NCBI GenBank assembly: GCA_000092065.1
Contig: CP000594.1
Origin: Ostreococcus lucimarinus
Lineage: Eukaryota
Direction: 5' to 3' (one strand)
DNA: 64,000 bases
Position numbers and translations under genes: made by a program. This document shows, piece by piece, positions 9,611 through 19,986 of this stretch. Under the pieces are notes generated by a model. That model searched no databases, had not been told where the DNA came from, and saw only the letters and a list, made by a program, of their open reading frames with translations. How positions within the stretch are numbered: position 1 is the stretch's first letter; the number at the start of each line of letters is the position of its first letter.

Positions 9611-9783
9611 TCTAGCGTAAACAAAATTTTAATGAGCGAAATGTAGCGAAATAATAGGAATTACTGAATGTTTGGTCGCGGTGAGGTCATTACAACCGCG
9701 TGACGCGTCACAAAGTGACGCATCTCGCGACAAACGAAGACTATATGGTGTCTACGCGTCGGTGACGTGAAACACGACAACGC

Positions 9784-11028
9784 TTACGCGGCCGCACGAA
9801 GAGCTTCGAGCTTGGCCTTGAGGTTGGCCTTCTTCTCTTCGTACGTGAGCTTCGGAAGCTTGAACAGACGCCCAGCGTCCGCCGGCTTCACGCGTTCCTT
9901 CTTCTCGTGGACGGGGTCTTCGCGAATGGCATCGAGGACGTCCTCCATGGCGTCTTCGAGCTCAGTCGGGTCGAAGTCCGCGGCCAAGTACTTGGCAAAC
10001 TGCTGTTCGAACTTTTCCGGTTCCTCCTCTTGCAGCTCTTCCGCGTACTCGGCGACAACACCACCCTTGATGTATCGCTCGAGAGTGTCCGGATCGTGGG
10101 ACTTGTCTTGGAGATCGTACCCAGCGAATCGCTTTTCGTTGTGCGGAATGTCCAACCCGCCGTCCACCGCACCCTTGAGCGCAGCGAACACTCGCGCGCC
10201 GGTCGACGTTCGCACCAAACCGGTGTCCAAGAAGCACTTGAACGGGCGCGCTTCCTCATCACCTTGTTCAACGTGGTAATCCTCCCCGAGGTCCTCCGTC
10301 TTACCCTCGTACGCATCCGCCAAGCCGTACTTCGTCAACAGTCGTCGCGCGCACAGCAACCCGGTCGCGTACGTCGCGGCGTAGTTCGTCAAACCCGCCT
10401 TCATCCCGTACTTCGGCAACTCGTGCGAGTACGCGGACGCGATGCACACGTCACCCGCGAGCGTGGCGTAGACAACTTGGCAAATCACATCGCGGTTCGT
10501 AAAGCGCACGACGAATCGGTACTTCGGCGAGTTGTACTTGTTCTTGTCCTGCGTGATCAAGCGCTGACGAGCGTAGTAATCCGTCTTGCCTGCGAGCGCG
10601 AAAACGTCCCGCGTCCAGCGCGAGCGCGTGATTTAAATCGTCAGTCCACACTCTGCGCGCTCGCACGCCCGCGCGCGCGTCGCGCGCGCGCTCGTTCGCG
10701 CCCGCGCGCGCGGTGCCGAAAAACCCTCGAGCGCGCCACCGCGCGGACATCGATGCGCCCCACGTCGCCGCGCCGCGCGCGCGCGCGATCGCACGCGTTC
10801 GAAACGAAGCATACGAATCATCCGCATCGAACGACGCGATCGACGCCGTCTCGACGGCGTCGACGCGTCGGTCGCGGCGCGATGATCGTCGCGCGATCGA
10901 GAAAGCCCTAAACGCGATGCCGAAGACGTACCAGCGCGGCGACGCGCGAACTTGACTTGGAAGCGCGAGAAGTACGCGTTGGTCTTCGCCACGGATTGGG
11001 ACTTGCGTTTGACTTTTCTGCGACCCAT
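9784..11028 (-). CDS. RPL5: 60S ribosomal protein L5 (uL18). Two exons: 11028..10932 and 10589..9784, with a 342-nt intron 10931..10590.
   Basis: Exon 1 encodes MGRRKVKRKSQSVAKTNAYFSRFQVKFARRRA+G and ends at donor GTACGT. Exon 2 begins after ...CTCGCAG and continues GKTDYYARQRLITQDKNKYNSPKYRFVVRFTNRDVICQVVYATLAGDVCIASAYSHELPKYG..., a canonical RPL5. Branch ACTGAC ~55 nt upstream of the 3' splice site. Total about 300 aa. Confidence 0.85.
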
Positions 11029-11504
11029 GGTTGCGTCGTGTGACACGCGAGGCGCGCGCGTCGAAAAGACGGAGCGCGACGGGCGGGGCGTGGCATCGTG
11101 CGCGCGAGGATGGTGTGGTCCGTGTTTGTAGTTTACGATTTTGTTCCAAAGGCGTACTGCTACAGGCGCTCGCGCACGACGACGGGCACCGTTCGCTCGC
11201 CCACGGGTTCGCCGCGAATGAAGAGCGGAATGTCGTACTCGCCGAAATCTACGATCGGGCGCTCGAGCATGAGCGCGCCAGGGGTAAGATTGAGGGATTT
11301 CTGACGTCGAATCTGGAGAGAGACGAAGGCGCGGCGGTGAGTCTTCGCGAGGGTAGAAATCAAACAAACGCCGGGTGTCGGCGGTGCTCGACGGTCGTCG
11401 TCGTCGGTGTCGTCGTCGCGTCAGAATAATGTCTCCTCACGGGTTATAGGCATGAATCCGTCCATTCAGACGGAGGCGCGATGCTATCAGGTGACAATTT
11501 CTCT

Positions 11505-11765
11505 TCACTCGCGAACGAAGACGAGACGAGACGAGATGAGAATCGAATCGACGGAGCGCGCGTCAGTCGAATCACGCACCTCTTCAACGATATTTTCCCG
11601 CGTCACCGCGATGCGAGGTTTCCCAGTTTTCTTGTCCTTAATTCTTCTAAAAGCGATCGCCGGTTCCGCGGTGAGCATCTTCATCACCGTGGCGCGTTCC
11701 TGCGAGTACGTACGATCGTCGTCGGCGTCAGTCCTAGCGCCATTGGCGTTTTGATTCATCGTCAT
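11505..11765 (-). CDS. Small protein (86 aa), possibly signal recognition particle 9 kDa subunit (SRP9)-like.
   Basis: Lower-GC, protein-like ORF. The alignment to human SRP9 is weak and recalled from memory (TYSQERATVMKMLTAEPAIAFRRIKDKKTGKPRIAVTRENIVEEV vs [45 protein letters not shown]). Termini are uncertain. Confidence 0.3.
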   Translation of the reverse strand: MTMNQNANGARTDADDDRTYSQERATVMKMLTAEPAIAFRRIKDKKTGKPRIAVTRENIVEEVRDSTDARSVDSILISSRLVFVRE

Positions 11766-11945
11766 GATTGACGACGTGCGACGTTCGCGCGCCAGATACT
11801 TTGCTCAGACAGCCAAGGGAAACGTTTTGTAAACACCGGAGCCGAAACTCGAATCTTCAGAAACTCTAGTCCGTAGAAAGTTCCAGTCATCATCGCAGGC
11901 GTATCAAATGCCTCGACTTCGTCAGCGTCGTCATCACGGCGACGG

Positions 11946-12455
11946 CTACTCGATCATTTCTCCCATCGCGTCGCTACGTACCTTGCGTTTGTGTTCCTCC
12001 TCTTGCGCCGTCGCCGCGGCTTCGTCTCCGTCCTCCCCCCCCGCCTCGATTCGCGCCCTCTCCCGCGCCGCCAACCGCTCGCGCGCCGCCGCTAACTTCT
12101 CCGCATTCACATACGTCGCCAACTTCCCCGGCACGAGATGATTCCTCGCCCGTCCCGGCCGCACGTGCGCGACCTCGTCGACGTCGCCGAGCCCGCTCAC
12201 CGGCGCCCTCAGAATCACCTCCACCCTCCGGTTCGCCTTCTTCCACCACCGCCGCTCGACGCGCATCGACGCCGGCATCACCCCAGCCTCCCCCACGCGC
12301 GCGCTCGCGCTCGACGCGATCGACAGCGCGCGCGCGCGCCCCGGCACCGTCGAACCTCCCGTCGGCGCGCGCGCCTCCACCGCGCGCTCGCCGAGCGCCC
12401 GCGCGAGCGCGCGCGTCGCGCGTCGCGTCGCGTCGCGCGCGCGCGGTCCCCACAT
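11946..12455 (-). CDS. Organellar ribosomal protein bL9 (N-terminal domain type) with a presequence.
   Basis: VEVILRAPVSGLGDVDEVAHVRPGRARNHLVPGKLATYVNAEKL matches the bL9 N-domain ([36 protein letters not shown]...). Preceded by an Arg/Ala-rich targeting-like N-terminus. The start codon is uncertain. Confidence 0.5.
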   Translation of the reverse strand: MWGPRARDATRRATRALARALGERAVEARAPTGGSTVPGRARALSIASSASARVGEAGVMPASMRVERRWWKKANRRVEVILRAPVSGLGDVDEVAHVRPGRARNHLVPGKLATYVNAEKLAAARERLAARERARIEAGGEDGDEAAATAQEEEHKRKVRSDAMGEMIE

Positions 12456-12834
12456 CGCGCGTCACGCGTTCGTCGCGCGCGCCGTCGCCGTCGCGCGCGC
12501 CGTCGTCGTCGCGCTCTGCCGCCGCGCGCGCCGATCGACCCACCGATCGATTCGTTTTCAATCGAACCTCGAGCGAGGTTCGCTCGCGCGCGCTCGATCG
12601 ACGATCGTCGATCGACTCCGGGGCGTCGAACGCGGCCTCGCGGGGGCAGAGCGCGACGACGCCGCGCGCGCGATCCGTCTCTTTGCGACGCGCGAAAGCC
12701 GACGCTCTTTCGAGATGCCGACGAGGTGCGGGCGATGAAACGGCGAGCGATGCGATGCGTTCGATCGGGCGCGACGTCGCGGCGCGCGCGCGGTCGCGCG
12801 CGCGACGGGAGGGGCGAACGCGGCGTGGGACGCG

Positions 12835-13596
12835 ATGGCGAGCCCTAGCGATCGGTGTGCGGCGTGGACGCGCCCGGGCGAGCGGCGCGAACGCGCGCGG
12901 GCGCTCGCGCGCGCGCGGTTGGGCGTGCGGGATTGCGATGCGTCGTTTCGAGGCGCGCGCGGGCGGGCGTGCGGGGGAGACGCGCGCGTTCGACGCGCGC
13001 GTTCGGCGCGTTCGGAGGCTTTAGGGTTTTTAGGAGGACTCGACGCGGGACGCGTCGCGGAGCGCGCGGCGCGGTGGTTCGCGCGATGGCGCGAGAGCGA
13101 TGGAAAAACTTCGGAGAATCGTCGACTGACCGAGGACGTGTGTTTGTTTGCGCGCGCGATTAGGTTGCATAAGAACCGCAAGAAGCGCGGGCACGTGTCC
13201 GCGGGTCACGGCCGTATCGGTAAGCACCGCAAGCACCCGGCGGGTCGCGGTATGGCGGGTGGTCAACACCATCACAGAATTATGATGGATAAGTATCACC
13301 CGGGTTACTTCGGTAAGGTTGGTATGCGTCACTTCCACAAGCTCAAGAACCACTACCACTGCCCGACCATCAACATTGACAAGCTTTGGACGCTCGTCGG
13401 CGAGGAGAAGCGTGAGGAGTGCGCCAAGAACACGTCTCAAGCGCCGGTGATTGATCTCACTGATCACGGTATCTTCAAGCTTCTCGGTAAGGGTCAACTC
13501 CCGAGCCAACCGGTCGTGGTGAAGTGCCGTTACATTAGCAAACTCGCCGAAAAGAAGATCAAGGATGTCGGCGGCGCGTGCATTCTCACCGCGTAA
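12835..13596 (+). CDS. RPL27A: 60S ribosomal protein L27a (uL15). Proposed micro-exon 1 at 12835..12854 (ATG GCG AGC CCT AGC GAT CG) spliced to exon 2 at 13164..13596.
   Basis: Exon 2 encodes (R)[78 protein letters not shown]...[24 protein letters not shown], a canonical L27a. There is no in-frame ATG directly upstream. A candidate 20-nt first exon ends at donor GTGTGC (12855). Branch ACTGAC at 13125-13130. 3' splice site TAG at 13161-13163. The join gives a 150-aa protein. The exon-1 assignment is inferred. Confidence 0.75.
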   Translation: MASPSDRCAAWTRPGERRERARALARARLGVRDCDASFRGARGRACGGDARVRRARSARSEALGFLGGLDAGRVAERAARWFARWRESDGKTSENRRLTEDVCLFARAIRLHKNRKKRGHVSAGHGRIGKHRKHPAGRGMAGGQHHHRIMMDKYHPGYFGKVGMRHFHKLKNHYHCPTINIDKLWTLVGEEKREECAKNTSQAPVIDLTDHGIFKLLGKGQLPSQPVVVKCRYISKLAEKKIKDVGGACILTA

Positions 13597-13759
13597 AGGG
13601 CGTCTCTCGAATTCGGGTTCGTCTTCTGGGTAGTCTGGGATTAGTACCGCGCGTTGTTATGAGTAACATTCATCTCACGCGTTCATCAACCTAACCACAT
13701 CCATCGAGCACGACTCCGCCCGCCTCACTCGTCGCCGCGCCGCGGAATATTCACTTCAA

Positions 13760-14356
13760 ATGTACCACGTCCTCATCGCCGCTTTCGCCACCTGCGTCGC
13801 GTGCGAGCTCTTCGAGACCGAGAAAATCTACGCCACCGATGATTACGCGATCGCCAAGCGTCGCATCGAGCTCGCGCGCGAGCGCATCGCCGTCGCCGAG
13901 GCTCAAGTTCGCGAAAAAGGCGAACGGAAGAGCGCGCGTTTGGAGCAAGCGCAAGTCGCGCTCGTGCACGCCGAGCAAAAGATGAAACAGATGTGCATGG
14001 CCACGGGACGGACGTTCATGATCGTTACGTTCATCGGCGCCACGGCGGTCAGATGGTACTACTCGTACGCCGAACAAAAGACTGGGTTGCGACTGCCGTT
14101 CGCCGCGCCGATGCGCTGGGCGCTCGGAACTGGCGAAGACGAACGCGATTTAAATCCCACCGCGGCGTATTTCATCGTGACGTATCTCTGGCGCGTGGTG
14201 TTCGGGGATGTGCTGGGGCGTAAGACGAGACAGATCGAGGCGTATTGGAGCACAAAGGACACGGAACGTTACATGGCCGCGCATCGACAAACCTTCAACT
14301 CGTTGACTCGCGACTCTACGATGGCGGTGGCGCCAAAGGTGAAGAAAATGCGATGA
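13760..14356 (+). CDS. TMCO1: TMCO1-like (DUF841) ER membrane protein, a putative Ca2+ load-activated channel family member.
   Basis: Has an N-terminal TM helix, a charged coiled coil and a second hydrophobic region. GLRLPFAAPMRWALGTGEDERDLNPTAAYFIVTYLWRVVFGDVLGRKTRQ resembles human TMCO1 AKLPFTPLSYIQGLSHRNLLGDDTTDCSFIFLYILCTMSIRQNIQK. 198 aa. Confidence 0.55.
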   Translation: MYHVLIAAFATCVACELFETEKIYATDDYAIAKRRIELARERIAVAEAQVREKGERKSARLEQAQVALVHAEQKMKQMCMATGRTFMIVTFIGATAVRWYYSYAEQKTGLRLPFAAPMRWALGTGEDERDLNPTAAYFIVTYLWRVVFGDVLGRKTRQIEAYWSTKDTERYMAAHRQTFNSLTRDSTMAVAPKVKKMR

Positions 14357-14446
14357 TCACGAACGCGTGTGATAGATTAGTAGATAGTTTTGTAGCCAGT
14401 TGAGCGCTTATTATTACATACGGCTTGGGAAAGGGGGAACAAATTA

Positions 14447-16384
14447 TCAATCCTTGTCGAAGGAGGAGCTCACGGAGATTTCGCGTGAATCGTACTGGTC
14501 CAAATCGTCCGTGGGGTCGGCTTGAAGCAAGCTCGCGAATTCGTCCATGTCGATTTTACCGTTACCATCGATATCAGCCTCACGGATACACGCCTTGACG
14601 ATGGCGGCGCGAACTGAATCGTTTGATTCGCTTGACTCTTCGAAAATCAATTGCGCCACTTCCTCGGCGTCAATTTGACCGCTATTGTCCTTGTCGAGAA
14701 TGTTGAACGCACGCTCGACCCACTTGGGGTACTCACTCGTCTGTTCAATCTTTTCCCAATCCAACAGCGCGGCGATGAATTCGTTGACATCAATCAAACC
14801 GTCGCCAGACGTGTCCAACGAACCTAAGAGCTGCTTGCTCTCTCGCCCTGTGACGTCGTATCCAATCTCCCTCAACCCCACCTCGAGCTCGCCGAGCTCG
14901 ACCATGTTATCACCTGAAGTGTCCAACTTCGCGAACAATGCTTTCAAGGTCTCGATGTCCGCATCTCGGGCTTGGGACAACGTCTTGATGTCGTCTTCGT
15001 CCTCGCTCAAGAGTTCTCGGGCGATGAGCCTGAGCACCGAACGCTTGAGCAAACCTTGAGTGGCGAAACGCTGCAGTCGAGCGACGACTTGACCGTCCAA
15101 CGCGGAATCCTGCCCCTTTGCTGCCTTTGCCTTCCAACTCGCCGACGTCTGCGTGAGCCAGGGGTGAAGGAGCGCAGCGCGAGCTATCGGTCGGGCTTCA
15201 GGATCGCGATCGAGTAGTTTGCGCACAAAATCCTTCGCCTCGTCGCTCACTTGGGACCAGGGATCGGACTCGAGGTCAACTTCGTCCTCAAGAATAGCCC
15301 TAAACACTTCCTTGGCGTTCGGTCGAGCGTTGACTTTATCGATGAAAGGCAGACGCCCGCTCAAAAGTTGATAGGCGACGACGCCGGCGGACCACACATC
15401 GGCTTGACTGCCGTAGTTGCGTTCAATCACCTCGGGTGCCATGTAGCTCGGCGTTCCACATCGGCGCGCGAGCACTTCTCCTTTGGGGGGCAATTTACCC
15501 GCCAAACCGAAATCCGTGGCTTTGAGAGGCGAGTCGTCATCTTCGGTTTGGAACAAAAAGTTATCCGGTTTGATGTCGCGATAGATAATCCCCCGACTGT
15601 GGCATTGCACCGCCGTCCGCAGCACGCTCTTCACCAATTGCGCCGCCTTTTGCTCGCGATAATCATTAGAATCGTTCATAGAGATGCGATCGAGCAACTC
15701 TCCGCCCGAGCACAACTCCATGAGAAGATGTACGCACTCGTCGTCTTCAAACGCGTCGTAAAGGTACACCACGCTCAACGAAGCTCCGATGGTTTGCATC
15801 ACCTCCACCTCGTTCCTCAGCTTGCCGTGATAATACTGCACCGCCGCTTTCGATGCCGGCGCAGTCTTCCACGGCGCCTTCTTCAGCGTCTTCAACGCGA
15901 ACGCCTCCCCGGTTTTCTTGCTCGTCGCCTTGCGCACGACGCCGTACGACCCCGCCCCCAGCGGCTCCTCATCCAAGCTCGGCACGTCGTACAGCTCGTG
16001 CAGATCCCTACGAAACCCAAAATCTGGTTTTAACTCTTCATTCGTGAAATCATCGAACGGACTATCGATCGTATCCGCCACCTTCGGCGCCGGTCGTCTT
16101 CGCTCGCTCGGCGTCGCGCTCTTCTTCTTCTTCCCGCCCGCGCTCGCCTTCCCCTTCGACCCTTTATCGTCATTCTTCGCCAACCAATCGCTCAGAAACC
16201 CTCGTCGCACGACCTCTACCCCTCGTCGCGCGTCCGCGTCGCGTCGCGCGAGCCGCGTCGCCGCCGTCGACCGACCGCGCGCTTTATCTTCCCTTTTCCA
16301 ACTTCCACCCCTCGCGATCGCGCGCGCGACCGCCGACGCCCGCGTCGTCGTCGCGCACCGCGTCGTCGTCATCTCGCACGACAT
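14447..16384 (-). CDS. CDPK: Calcium-dependent protein kinase (Ser/Thr kinase domain, autoinhibitory junction, four EF-hands).
   Basis: Kinase motifs (LGAGSYGVV, FALKTL, DIKPDNFLF, TDFGLAG, GTPSYMAPE, DVWSAGV) followed by four EF-hand loops (DTSGDNMVELGE, DTSGDGLIDVNE, DKDNSGQIDAEE, DIDGNGKIDMDE). Which ATG is the true start is uncertain. Confidence 0.85.
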   Translation of the reverse strand: MSCEMTTTRCATTTRASAVARAIARGGSWKREDKARGRSTAATRLARRDADARRGVEVVRRGFLSDWLAKNDDKGSKGKASAGGKKKKSATPSERRRPAPKVADTIDSPFDDFTNEELKPDFGFRRDLHELYDVPSLDEEPLGAGSYGVVRKATSKKTGEAFALKTLKKAPWKTAPASKAAVQYYHGKLRNEVEVMQTIGASLSVVYLYDAFEDDECVHLLMELCSGGELLDRISMNDSNDYREQKAAQLVKSVLRTAVQCHSRGIIYRDIKPDNFLFQTEDDDSPLKATDFGLAGKLPPKGEVLARRCGTPSYMAPEVIERNYGSQADVWSAGVVAYQLLSGRLPFIDKVNARPNAKEVFRAILEDEVDLESDPWSQVSDEAKDFVRKLLDRDPEARPIARAALLHPWLTQTSASWKAKAAKGQDSALDGQVVARLQRFATQGLLKRSVLRLIARELLSEDEDDIKTLSQARDADIETLKALFAKLDTSGDNMVELGELEVGLREIGYDVTGRESKQLLGSLDTSGDGLIDVNEFIAALLDWEKIEQTSEYPKWVERAFNILDKDNSGQIDAEEVAQLIFEESSESNDSVRAAIVKACIREADIDGNGKIDMDEFASLLQADPTDDLDQYDSREISVSSSFDKD

Positions 16385-16508
16385 TCGCGGCCGTCCGAGC
16401 TCGCGCTTCGCCCGCCGCGCGTCGCGCTTTCGCGTTTTCGTCGATTTCGCGCGTCGTCCCGATCGCGCGGTCGGTCGACGTCATCACATCGCGTCGTCGC
16501 GCGCCGCC
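16385..16508. promoter_or_regulatory. Short (124 bp) divergent intergenic region between the CDPK (minus) and FolD (plus) genes; putative bidirectional promoter.
   Basis: Inferred from head-to-head gene arrangement only. Confidence 0.3.
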
Positions 16509-17411
16509 ATGGGCGCGTCGCACAGCGCCGAAGCGGCGATCATCGACGGTAAGACGATCGCGTCGACGATTCGCGCGGAGATCAAGGGCGAAGTCGACGC
16601 GCTGCGCGCGAAGCACGGTAAAGTTCCGGGACTCGCGGTGGTCATCGTGGGCGATCGCAAGGACTCGCAGACGTACGTCCGCATGAAGCGCAAGGCGTGC
16701 GAAGAGGCGGGCATCGAGAGCTTTCACGCCGAACTCCCGGCGAGCGCGAGCGAGGCGGAGGTGCTGGCGACGGTGCGGAAGTTTAACGCGGACGCGCGCG
16801 TGCACGGGATACTGGTGCAGCTGCCGCTGCCGAAAGGGATGAACGAGGAGCGCGTCCTGGCGGAGATATCGCTCGAGAAAGACGTCGACGGGTTTCATCC
16901 GGAGAATATCGGGAAGCTGGCGATGAAGGGACACGAACCGCTGTTTGCGCCGTGCACGCCGAAGGGGTGCGTGGAGCTGCTGAAGCGAAACGGGACGGTG
17001 TTATCCGGAAAGAACGCCGTCGTCGTCGGACGATCAAACATCGTCGGCATGCCGGCGGCGATGCTTTTGATGAAGGAAGATTGTACCGTAACCGTGGTGC
17101 ACTCTAAGACGCGGGATCCGAAGAGAATCTGCCGCGAAGCCGACGTCATCGTCGCGGCGTGCGGGAGCGCGGAGATGGTGAAGAAGGATTGGGTGAAGAA
17201 GGGCGCCGTCATCATCGACGTCGGTACGAACAGCGTGGACGATAAGACCAAAAAGGCTGGCTATCGCTTGGTCGGCGACGTCGACTTTGCCGAGGTTAAG
17301 AAGGTGGCGAGCGCCATCACGCCCGTGCCGGGCGGCGTCGGTCCCATGACCATCGCGATGCTTCTCTCCAACTGCCTGGATTCTGGCAAGCGAGCCATCG
17401 CCAAGGCGTAA
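16509..17411 (+). CDS. Bifunctional methylenetetrahydrofolate dehydrogenase / methenyl-THF cyclohydrolase (FolD/MTHFD family).
   Basis: MGASHSAEAAIIDGKTIASTIRAEIKGEVDALRAKHGKVPGLAVVIVGDRKDSQTYVRMKRKACEEAGIESF...GILVQLPLP...DVDGFHPENIGKL...PCTPKGCVELLK...GKNAVVVGRSNIVGMPAAMLL...ITPVPGGVGPMTIAML. ATG at 16509 and stop at 17409-17411, both checked. Confidence 0.85.
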   Translation: MGASHSAEAAIIDGKTIASTIRAEIKGEVDALRAKHGKVPGLAVVIVGDRKDSQTYVRMKRKACEEAGIESFHAELPASASEAEVLATVRKFNADARVHGILVQLPLPKGMNEERVLAEISLEKDVDGFHPENIGKLAMKGHEPLFAPCTPKGCVELLKRNGTVLSGKNAVVVGRSNIVGMPAAMLLMKEDCTVTVVHSKTRDPKRICREADVIVAACGSAEMVKKDWVKKGAVIIDVGTNSVDDKTKKAGYRLVGDVDFAEVKKVASAITPVPGGVGPMTIAMLLSNCLDSGKRAIAKA

Positions 17412-17549
17412 TCTCATCTTTCGCTCGTCCATGGGTCCTCTATTTTTAATACGTATCGTCGTTGAATTCATTCTTCACTCTCGTTCGTCCCCGCGTCCCG
17501 AAGTTCAAACGCCGACCAGCTGTCGCCAGTCATCGCCGCGCCCTTCGCC

Positions 17550-19928
17550 ATGCGGGGCGCGCCCCCGCCCCTGTACCCGTGGCAGGCCGAAGCGATAAAC
17601 CTCGTCGCCGCGTCGCGTCGCTCGCTGTGCTACACGGCGCCCACGGGCGGCGGTAAAAGTCGCGTCGCCGATGAGTTGTTACGACTGTCCCTGACAAACT
17701 TTCCCGCGGCGAAAGCGCTCGTCGTGCTGCCGTACGTCGCGCTCGTGCGGGAAAAAGTGGCGTCGTTGGAGTCGTTGTTACGCCCGCTCGGGATCAAGGT
17801 GAGGGGCTACGCCGGGGTGGAGTGCGAGGGGGCGCCGTTGGGGAGCTCGAGAGAGCGCTGCGCGGTGACGACGATTGAAAAGGCGTCGTCGTGCGTCAAT
17901 AGACTGTTCGAAACGGGCGAGATATCGCTGCTCAGCGTCGTGGTGGTGGATGAGCTGCACATGGTCAGCGAAGACGAACGTGGGTGCGCGCTGGAGGGGA
18001 TGTTGGCGAAGATACGACACGGAGTGAAGTCGGGAAAGGTGTCGAGCGACGGCCCGCAAATCGTGTGCATGAGCGCGACGGTGGGAAAGTCATCGATGGA
18101 ACGCTTAGCGAGGTGGTTAGACGCGGAGATTTACGTCAGTCATCATCGGCCGGTGGAGTTGAAAGAGTACGTGGTGTGCGTGGGTGGGGTGTATGCGAAG
18201 GAGAATCGAGGTGAGGCGGGCTGGGAGCTGACGCGCGTGGCCGATTCGCCGTCGCGAGTGGAGTTGGAGATCGTCGCCGAACTGGTTGGTCAAGTGTTCG
18301 TCAACGCGCACAGCTCGTTGGTATTTTGCTCGAGCAAGAGTCAGTGTTCAGTTTATGCGACGAAATTGGCGAGCTTGCTTCCGGTGAATCCGAACACGGC
18401 GCACCTGCGAGAAGAGTGCGTGGCGAGACTCTACGAAGCTGCGGAGGGCGAGCCCGACCAAGCGCTAGTAGCGTGTGTTCGCTCCGGTCTCGCGTGGCAT
18501 CACGCCGGATTAACGACGGCAGAGAAGAGAGTAATCGAAGAGGGCTTTCGAGCTGGTGCGATTTTAGCGCTCACATGCACGACGACTCTTGCTGCGGGCG
18601 TCAACTTGCCCGCTCGCCGTTGCGTCATCCTTCGCGGCTTCATCGCCGGTTTACCGACGCCTTCGATGGCTCAGTACAAACAAATGGCTGGTCGAGCTGG
18701 AAGAAAAGGGCAAAGCGATTTCGGTGAATCTTTCCTAGTCACGACGAAACAAGAGGCCGTGGATTGGGCGCGAAATCTAGTACTCGGCGAGCTACCGGCT
18801 TTGGAGTCGCGTCTGTTTCCTCCTGCAATCAAGCGCCATGACATGCCCGTGACGCCAGAACAACGACGGTTTTATCTCGAATCCATCGCGTGTGGAGTAC
18901 TCAAGACAAAGGAAGACGCCGGTGAGCTGGCTTGTCGCACGTTTGCTTGGACATCTGGACGCGATAACGCGTCAATTCTCGCCCGTCAAAGCCGAGCGTT
19001 GAAGGAAATTTACGAAAAAGGGCTGGTTGTCGCGCGCTCCGGCGCGCATTGCGCTGAGTGGTGCTCTACTCCAGAGGGATTCGCGTTCTACAAGTGTACT
19101 TTACCGATAGCACACGCTAAGACGCTGCGGAAAGAGTTGTCTTTCGCGCTTACGAATGGATTGAATCTTTCGACGAAGACGCACTTGCTATTCTTTTGCG
19201 TGTCGAACGAAACCAACGTCTTCGCAGCAAACTTGAATTGGCACGCGTGGAGCGATTGGATGAGTCGATACGACAGTATTCATGAACTTGGGGAGAAACA
19301 TTTGAATGTCACCCGACAGTACGCAGAAAGAGCGCAGCATCGACAAGGGATATCAGACCAAGCCAAGGCGACTCGGTCGCGCCATGAGCGTCTCGCTGCG
19401 GCGTTGCTGTTGAGCGACGTGTTGGCGAGCGACGACACCACCGTCGACATTGCGCGCAAATGGTCAACGTTATCGAACAATCCCGTCAACCGTGGGATGA
19501 TTCAATCTCTTCAAAACAGCGCGGCGACGACGGCGGGCATGGCGAGCGTGCTGTGCGAACAGTGCGGCTGGCACGCGCTCGCAGGTCTTTTGCAAAACGT
19601 TAGCGAAGAGTTGCAAGCTGGCGCGCGACGAGAGCTATTACCGCTGATGCGTCTCGAAGGCATGACCGGCGCAAGAGCACGAGCTCTACATAACGCCGGA
19701 CTAACGACGCCTGCGAAAATCGCGGCACTTCAGAGCGATAAGTTTGACAAGCTGCAAGATGCTTGCCTGCGTTCGCTGACGCGATCGAGAAACGGCGGCT
19801 TGGATCAAGCCATGCGTACCACGGCGTGGAGAATCGCAAGCGCTCTCGTGCAATCGGCTCGTGAAGCGACAATCGAGGAGGCGAAACGGGCGTTGGAAGA
19901 CGATTCTAACGCTGAATGGTTAAATTAA
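17550..19928 (+). CDS. HELQ: Hel308/HELQ-type (POLQ-like) superfamily-2 DNA helicase.
   Basis: Helicase motifs YPWQAEAI..TAPTGGGKS (Walker A), VVDELHMV (DEAH-type), MSATVG, LAWHHAGL, TTTLAAGVNLPARRCVI, QMAGRAGR. C-terminal helix-hairpin-helix-like LHNAGLTTPAKIAAL typical of Hel308 domain 5. 792 aa. Confidence 0.8.
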   Translation: MRGAPPPLYPWQAEAINLVAASRRSLCYTAPTGGGKSRVADELLRLSLTNFPAAKALVVLPYVALVREKVASLESLLRPLGIKVRGYAGVECEGAPLGSSRERCAVTTIEKASSCVNRLFETGEISLLSVVVVDELHMVSEDERGCALEGMLAKIRHGVKSGKVSSDGPQIVCMSATVGKSSMERLARWLDAEIYVSHHRPVELKEYVVCVGGVYAKENRGEAGWELTRVADSPSRVELEIVAELVGQVFVNAHSSLVFCSSKSQCSVYATKLASLLPVNPNTAHLREECVARLYEAAEGEPDQALVACVRSGLAWHHAGLTTAEKRVIEEGFRAGAILALTCTTTLAAGVNLPARRCVILRGFIAGLPTPSMAQYKQMAGRAGRKGQSDFGESFLVTTKQEAVDWARNLVLGELPALESRLFPPAIKRHDMPVTPEQRRFYLESIACGVLKTKEDAGELACRTFAWTSGRDNASILARQSRALKEIYEKGLVVARSGAHCAEWCSTPEGFAFYKCTLPIAHAKTLRKELSFALTNGLNLSTKTHLLFFCVSNETNVFAANLNWHAWSDWMSRYDSIHELGEKHLNVTRQYAERAQHRQGISDQAKATRSRHERLAAALLLSDVLASDDTTVDIARKWSTLSNNPVNRGMIQSLQNSAATTAGMASVLCEQCGWHALAGLLQNVSEELQAGARRELLPLMRLEGMTGARARALHNAGLTTPAKIAALQSDKFDKLQDACLRSLTRSRNGGLDQAMRTTAWRIASALVQSAREATIEEAKRALEDDSNAEWLN

Positions 19929-19986
19929 AACCAGGCTAGTAGGCATAGGTAGAATTAGACGTAGAGAATAATAGGCAGCGGCGCGA

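Noticed and set aside
9907-10911. 334-aa plus-strand ORF
   Set aside because: Antisense to RPL5 exon 2 and its intron.
12138-13181. Overlapping Arg/Ala-rich ORFs on both strands (12138-12848 +, 12558-13181 -)
   Set aside because: They lie in the proposed RPL27a intron and upstream region, which is CGCG-rich. No protein-like segments.
13597-13759. Possible tRNA or small RNA in the RPL27a/TMCO1 spacer
   Set aside because: No cloverleaf-compatible segment with GTTCGAATC-type T-arm was found by eye. Cannot be excluded without tRNAscan.
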